DNA of 63,876 nt, filler included, from an uncultured Rhodopirellula sp. (lineage in GTDB: Bacteria; Planctomycetota; Planctomycetia; Pirellulales; Pirellulaceae): NCBI GenBank assembly GCA_964007735.1. It is 3 parts of 3 records of this genome, joined end to end, with 100 filler letters (N's around TTAATTAATTAA, not from the genome) between each part and the next. Parts side by side here need not be neighbours in the genome. Positions count along the whole stretch, not along the records: positions 58,033 to 63,876 come from CAXGAI010000105.1; 2 more parts are not named here. One strand, written 5' to 3'. Within the stretch, counting starts at the first letter, position 1; every line of letters begins with the position of its first letter. A program made the translations under genes and the position numbers. The notes beneath the pieces were generated by a model that was not told where the DNA came from, searched no databases, and saw only the letters and a list, made by a program, of their open reading frames with translations. Below, one piece after another: positions 59,885-63,876 of the stretch.

Positions 59885-61036
59885 ATGTGTTGGTTGAGAA
59901 TTAAAGTCGCGCTGATTGTCGCCTATGGGATCCCTCTCGCTTTCAATCCAGTTGGGATCCCAACCCAAGCCGATGAGATCAAGATCTTCGTGTCGTCTTT
60001 TGCGCCTGCTGGAGAGGCTGGGATCTATGCATACACCATCAACGGGCAGACAGGAAGCGTTACGGAGACGGCAAAATATACTGAGGTTGGGCATCCGTTC
60101 TTCCTTTCTCTGTCGCCAGATAAACAGACATTGTATTCGATCCACGCTCAACATGGTTTTGGCGGCACGAAGCATGAAGAGATCGCTGCGTTTCGAATTG
60201 TAGATGGTAACGGTAATCTCAAACTGCTTAATAAACAATCAACACATGGAACAGCCTCTTGCTATTTGGACGTGGACAAAAAAGGAGAATTGTTGGTGGT
60301 GGCAAATTATTCCAGCGGCGATATTGCATCGTATCCCATCACGAAAGAGGGTATCCCAGAGAAGTCAGTCTCGTTTTATAAACACAACGGGGCCAGTGTC
60401 AACGAAGCTCGCCAGAAAGAGCCCCACGCGCATTGCATTGTCGTTAGTCCGGATAATAAGTATGTATTTTCGGCAGACCTGGGGATTGACAGAATAGTAA
60501 CCTACAAACTTCGCAGGAAGGGCCGGGTGACACCTCTTAATGACCGCTTGAATTCTTCCCTCGCCCCCGGATCCGGCCCTCGACATTTAACGTTTCACCC
60601 TCATGGAAACTCTGCGTATGTGATCAACGAGTTGCTGAATACGGTAACTGTGTTTGATTACAACGCCCGTGACGGAAGTCTGAGTGAAACACAGACCATC
60701 AGCACGCTTCCGAAAGAATTTGACGGAGTAAGTTACACGGCTGATATTAAGTTGACACCGAATGGCAACTTTGCTTATGGGACAAATCGCGGGCATGACT
60801 CACTGGCGTGTTACCGGGTTCAGGAGACGGGAACGTTAGAACTGATTGAAATCGTGCCCAGCTTGGGGGCAGGCCCTCAAAATCTGGCCGTGACGCATGA
60901 TGGCAAAATGTTGATCTGCGCAAATATGCCCGGGAATAATCTTGCGTTGTTCAGGATTGATCAGCGCAGTGGGAAGCTGACACAAGTAGGTCCTGTCCAC
61001 AAACTGACCTCCCCGTCCTGTATTATGCTTCGCTAA
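59885..61036 (+). CDS. Exported lactonase family protein (Pgl/YbhE-type beta-propeller)
   Basis: VANYSSG, RQKEPHAH, ADLGID, GSGPRH, INEL and TNRGHDS motifs; signal-like N-terminus. Confidence 0.9.
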   Translation: MCWLRIKVALIVAYGIPLAFNPVGIPTQADEIKIFVSSFAPAGEAGIYAYTINGQTGSVTETAKYTEVGHPFFLSLSPDKQTLYSIHAQHGFGGTKHEEIAAFRIVDGNGNLKLLNKQSTHGTASCYLDVDKKGELLVVANYSSGDIASYPITKEGIPEKSVSFYKHNGASVNEARQKEPHAHCIVVSPDNKYVFSADLGIDRIVTYKLRRKGRVTPLNDRLNSSLAPGSGPRHLTFHPHGNSAYVINELLNTVTVFDYNARDGSLSETQTISTLPKEFDGVSYTADIKLTPNGNFAYGTNRGHDSLACYRVQETGTLELIEIVPSLGAGPQNLAVTHDGKMLICANMPGNNLALFRIDQRSGKLTQVGPVHKLTSPSCIMLR

Positions 61037-61083
61037 GCATTCAGAATGCCGGAATTAAATTGCGTACCCAGAAGGAGAAATTC

Positions 61084-62337
61084 ATGTCGTCCTTAACCAA
61101 TCGTCGTCTATCCCGCCGGCAATGGATTTCTGTGTCGGCAAGTCTGGCGTTTGCCACGCAAATACGGGCCACAGAAAAGCATAGTAATGAGCCGGTGTTA
61201 ATTAAGAAGTCTAAACGGCTTTCTGCTAAGCCGATTTCGGCGGTCCGTACACCTCTGGGTATTCCGGAAGACTACAAACCCTGGATCACCAGATTGAATA
61301 ACGGCGATTTGATGATCACGTGTTTCCATGCCGGACGGGAACCGTTCGATGAACACGCTGTGTTTTGGCGATCAACCGATGGCGGTGAAACATGGTCTGA
61401 TCGGATGCCACGCAAAGATGTTGTGGGACGGGAGTTTGCCACAACGCAATTGACATCGGGGGCGATCGTAATGACATGTCATTTTTTAACTCAGGATTCG
61501 CGGAATACGGATGGTTACGCCTATAGTAAAATTTTTCATTCGCATGATGATGGAAAAACCTGGAAAGAAACACGCGTGGGACCTGCAGGATTCCCTGAGA
61601 AAAGGCCGACCAATACAAATCGTAATGTGTTTGAATTGCCGAATCCTAAAGACCCTCAAAAGCCCATTGCTTGTCTTGGCATTTCTACTTCGGGCTACCA
61701 CGACAATAAAGCCAACTACACATCGATCTGGCAGTCAGTCGACGGCGCAGAGACATGGGATAAATCGTGGAAGCCGGATACTCAAAACTGGGATGATTAC
61801 GATGGGTTTTTCGGGCAGTCCTATACGTATCGCAGTCCTTCCGGGAAAATGTTGCATGTGGTACGTGTCGATCGGAGAGGTAAATACTGGAAGCTCGAAG
61901 ATAAACAACTAGGTAAGGAGGGTGGAGATCAGGGTGACCGAATGATGATCTGGAAGTCAATTGATAACGGAAAAAGCTGGACCCGTCCCCACGGGCATGG
62001 CGACTTTGGAAGCTACGGTGAAATGTATCCAAGGTTCCTGAAACTCAATGATGGCCGATTGCTACTCACCTTTACGGTACGCAGTAATCCTTATGATGGG
62101 CATGCTTTAGGTTTGCGTGGTCTGATTAGCTATGACGATGGTGATTCTTGGGATTTTGAAAACGACAGAATTATCATTGATTACAAGAATCAGGGTCCCA
62201 GCGGTGGCGGTTACGGTAACACCGTACAGCTTGATAACGGGTCTCTAGTCTCGACCTACAGTTACCGAGGCGCAGATAACAAAACACATGTCGAAGCAAT
62301 AAAATGGTCTCTGCCGGACGAGAAAACGAATCCATAA
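61084..62337 (+). CDS. Sialidase-like BNR/Asp-box beta-propeller protein with Tat-like signal
   Basis: SRRQWI; five Asp-boxes (STDGGETW, SHDDGKTW, SVDGAETW, SIDNGKSW, SYDDGDSW); AAGGAG before ATG 61084. Confidence 0.82.
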   Translation: MSSLTNRRLSRRQWISVSASLAFATQIRATEKHSNEPVLIKKSKRLSAKPISAVRTPLGIPEDYKPWITRLNNGDLMITCFHAGREPFDEHAVFWRSTDGGETWSDRMPRKDVVGREFATTQLTSGAIVMTCHFLTQDSRNTDGYAYSKIFHSHDDGKTWKETRVGPAGFPEKRPTNTNRNVFELPNPKDPQKPIACLGISTSGYHDNKANYTSIWQSVDGAETWDKSWKPDTQNWDDYDGFFGQSYTYRSPSGKMLHVVRVDRRGKYWKLEDKQLGKEGGDQGDRMMIWKSIDNGKSWTRPHGHGDFGSYGEMYPRFLKLNDGRLLLTFTVRSNPYDGHALGLRGLISYDDGDSWDFENDRIIIDYKNQGPSGGGYGNTVQLDNGSLVSTYSYRGADNKTHVEAIKWSLPDEKTNP

Positions 62338-62459
62338 CATGGGTCAGAGAATCAGGCGGCCACCGACGAACATGCTTATGAAGTAGACTTCTATTTCCCG
62401 ATAACTGAGTAGTGGAGTATGATAAAGGTAATCCAATTAGCTTAGAGGACTCGCAAACG

Positions 62460-63791
62460 ATGAAATATTCAAATTGTGAAGGAATGACCCGTCGGCATGC
62501 TCTTGGACTTGGTCTTGGTGGACTTTGGGGTGCCGGGGTGAGTTTGCCCAAGGCAATAAGTCTCAAGGCAAACGGGAATGATAGTGGCCCGTTAAAAACC
62601 TCTGCTAAGCGCTGCATCATGATTTGGCTTGATGGCGGGCCGACTCATTTTGAGACGTTCGACCCTAAGCCCGAAGCCCCCACGGAGATCCGTGGTGAAT
62701 ACGGAACCTGCCAAACCACCAATCCCGGAATTCATTACTCGGAACATATGTCCAAGCTTGCCGCCATCAGCGACAAGTTCGCCATGATCAGGTCGATTCG
62801 TCATAATCAGGGAAATCATGGTGCTGGCAATCATTACATGATGACCGGGGCTCCACCGCGTATACCGGTTGGTTGTGGTGCGTATGTTAGTTTTCATCCC
62901 AGCATGGGAAGTGTCGTAAGCCATGAAGTTGGTACGAAGTCTGCTCTACCAAACTATTTTTCAATTCCTAAGATGACCCGCAGTGGAGGTCCTAACTTTC
63001 TTGGGGCGAACCATGCGCCCTTTGTGGTGCCTGACGATCCTAACGGTAAGGGGTTTCGTGTGCGAGATGTCGCTGTTCCCGGTGGCCTGACAGGCGGCCA
63101 ATTCAGGTCTAAATCCAATGTCCGTAGTATGCTGGATCGCATGAAACGGTATCACGACAGCGCCTTTGGTGATCCGGCGATTGCGATTGATGAATACTAT
63201 GAGCAAGGTATGAATTTGGTTCTGTCGCCTGAAGCTCAACTTGCCTTTGATATTTCTCAGGAGTCGGACGGTCTCAGAGATCGCTACTATCGCGATTCAT
63301 TCGGGCAACGTTGTCTTCTTGCCCGTCGTTTGGTCGAAGCCGGCGTACCATTTGTTACGGTGTATAACGGCGGCTGGGACCATCATCGAGATCTATGGAA
63401 TAGCTGCAGAGACCGGTTGCCCCGCGTAGACCAAAGTGTTGCTACGTTGATTTCGGATTTAGATGAGCGTGGGATGCTGGAAGACACACTCGTCCTGGTG
63501 TTGGGGGAATTCGGCCGTACGCCAAAAATTAATTCACGCGTAGGGCGAGACCACTGGTCAAATGCGATGAGCGTATTAATGGCCGGTGGTGGAACCCCCG
63601 GTGGAGTTGTGGTCGGAGCGACTGACAAAAAGGGGTATTCGGCGATGGAGAATGTAAAGAGCCCTGAAAACTTTATCTCGACCGTTTATTCGAAGCTGGG
63701 GATTAATCCCAACAAGATTTTATATACGCCACAAGGTCGTCCAACACACCTTGTTAGTGACGCAACTCCAATCGCGGAATTGATGAGCTAA
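62460..63791 (+). CDS. DUF1501 domain protein with Tat-like signal
   Basis: TRRHAL; WLDGGPTHFETFDPKP, ARRLVEAGV, GWDHH, GEFGRTP and GRDHW motifs. The ORF track starts at 62412. Confidence 0.92.
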   Translation: MKYSNCEGMTRRHALGLGLGGLWGAGVSLPKAISLKANGNDSGPLKTSAKRCIMIWLDGGPTHFETFDPKPEAPTEIRGEYGTCQTTNPGIHYSEHMSKLAAISDKFAMIRSIRHNQGNHGAGNHYMMTGAPPRIPVGCGAYVSFHPSMGSVVSHEVGTKSALPNYFSIPKMTRSGGPNFLGANHAPFVVPDDPNGKGFRVRDVAVPGGLTGGQFRSKSNVRSMLDRMKRYHDSAFGDPAIAIDEYYEQGMNLVLSPEAQLAFDISQESDGLRDRYYRDSFGQRCLLARRLVEAGVPFVTVYNGGWDHHRDLWNSCRDRLPRVDQSVATLISDLDERGMLEDTLVLVLGEFGRTPKINSRVGRDHWSNAMSVLMAGGGTPGGVVVGATDKKGYSAMENVKSPENFISTVYSKLGINPNKILYTPQGRPTHLVSDATPIAELMS

Positions 63792-63876
63792 GTCGGTTGG
63801 GTGATGCTTTCGACCTTTTAATCCGGAATGGTAGTTCGCTAGGGCAAGACTGAAATGTTGAATCGTTGCCGGCCCC

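Noticed and set aside
57608..61036. gnd and the Pgl-like lactonase as a pentose-phosphate cluster
   Set aside because: They lie on different contigs separated by the artificial linker.
63855..63876. ATG-initiated frame at the window end (MLNRCRP)
   Set aside because: Too short to support a gene call.

Overview
Bacterial DNA, most likely a Planctomycetota (Pirellulales-like) draft genome, judging by the DUF1501, DUF1549/DUF1553 and DUF1598 families, methanofuran-type C1 genes and several Tat substrates. The window is three contigs joined by artificial 100-bp linkers (N44-TTAATTAATTAA-N44 at 29238-29337 and 57933-58032), so gene neighbourhoods across the joins cannot be trusted. Contig 1 (1-29237) carries a partial GT-C glycosyltransferase missed by the ORF track, a Tat amidohydrolase, a DegT aminotransferase, a ferredoxin/PII-like/YkgJ/hisS run, an Fe-ADH/hydrolase/DUF1611/epimerase run and dprA. 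It then has a WxxGxW/His-rich/Pro-rich exported protein behind a sigma54-type promoter, a three-repeat exported protein, and a large exported cluster: DUF1549/1553, DUF1501, a TPR protein of about 820 aa and a TPR protein of more than 2420 aa. The two TPR proteins share a repeated Ig-like module, and the giant one has nested carbohydrate-binding-like inserts. Contig 2 (29338-57932) carries DoxX (probable CTG start) with a Gfo/Idh/MocA oxidoreductase, a 2-hydroxyacid dehydrogenase, an atypical Ser/Thr kinase, a GT2, an FHA-GAF sigma54 activator, DUF1598 and mfnF/mfnE/mfnD-like genes. It also has a suf operon with a lone nuoB between sufR and sufC, an extended AGCS transporter, a degenerate deacetylase, two dus paralogues around queG, rfbBA, an SDR and a partial gnd. 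Contig 3 (58033-63876) carries a partial GH36, a lactonase, an Asp-box sialidase-like protein and a second DUF1501. No rRNA, tRNA, CRISPR array or mobile element was recognised. The best candidates for an undescribed system are the 15.8-29.2 kb exported cluster and the sufR-nuoB-suf-mfnD operon. All family calls come from motif recognition by eye, not from database searches.
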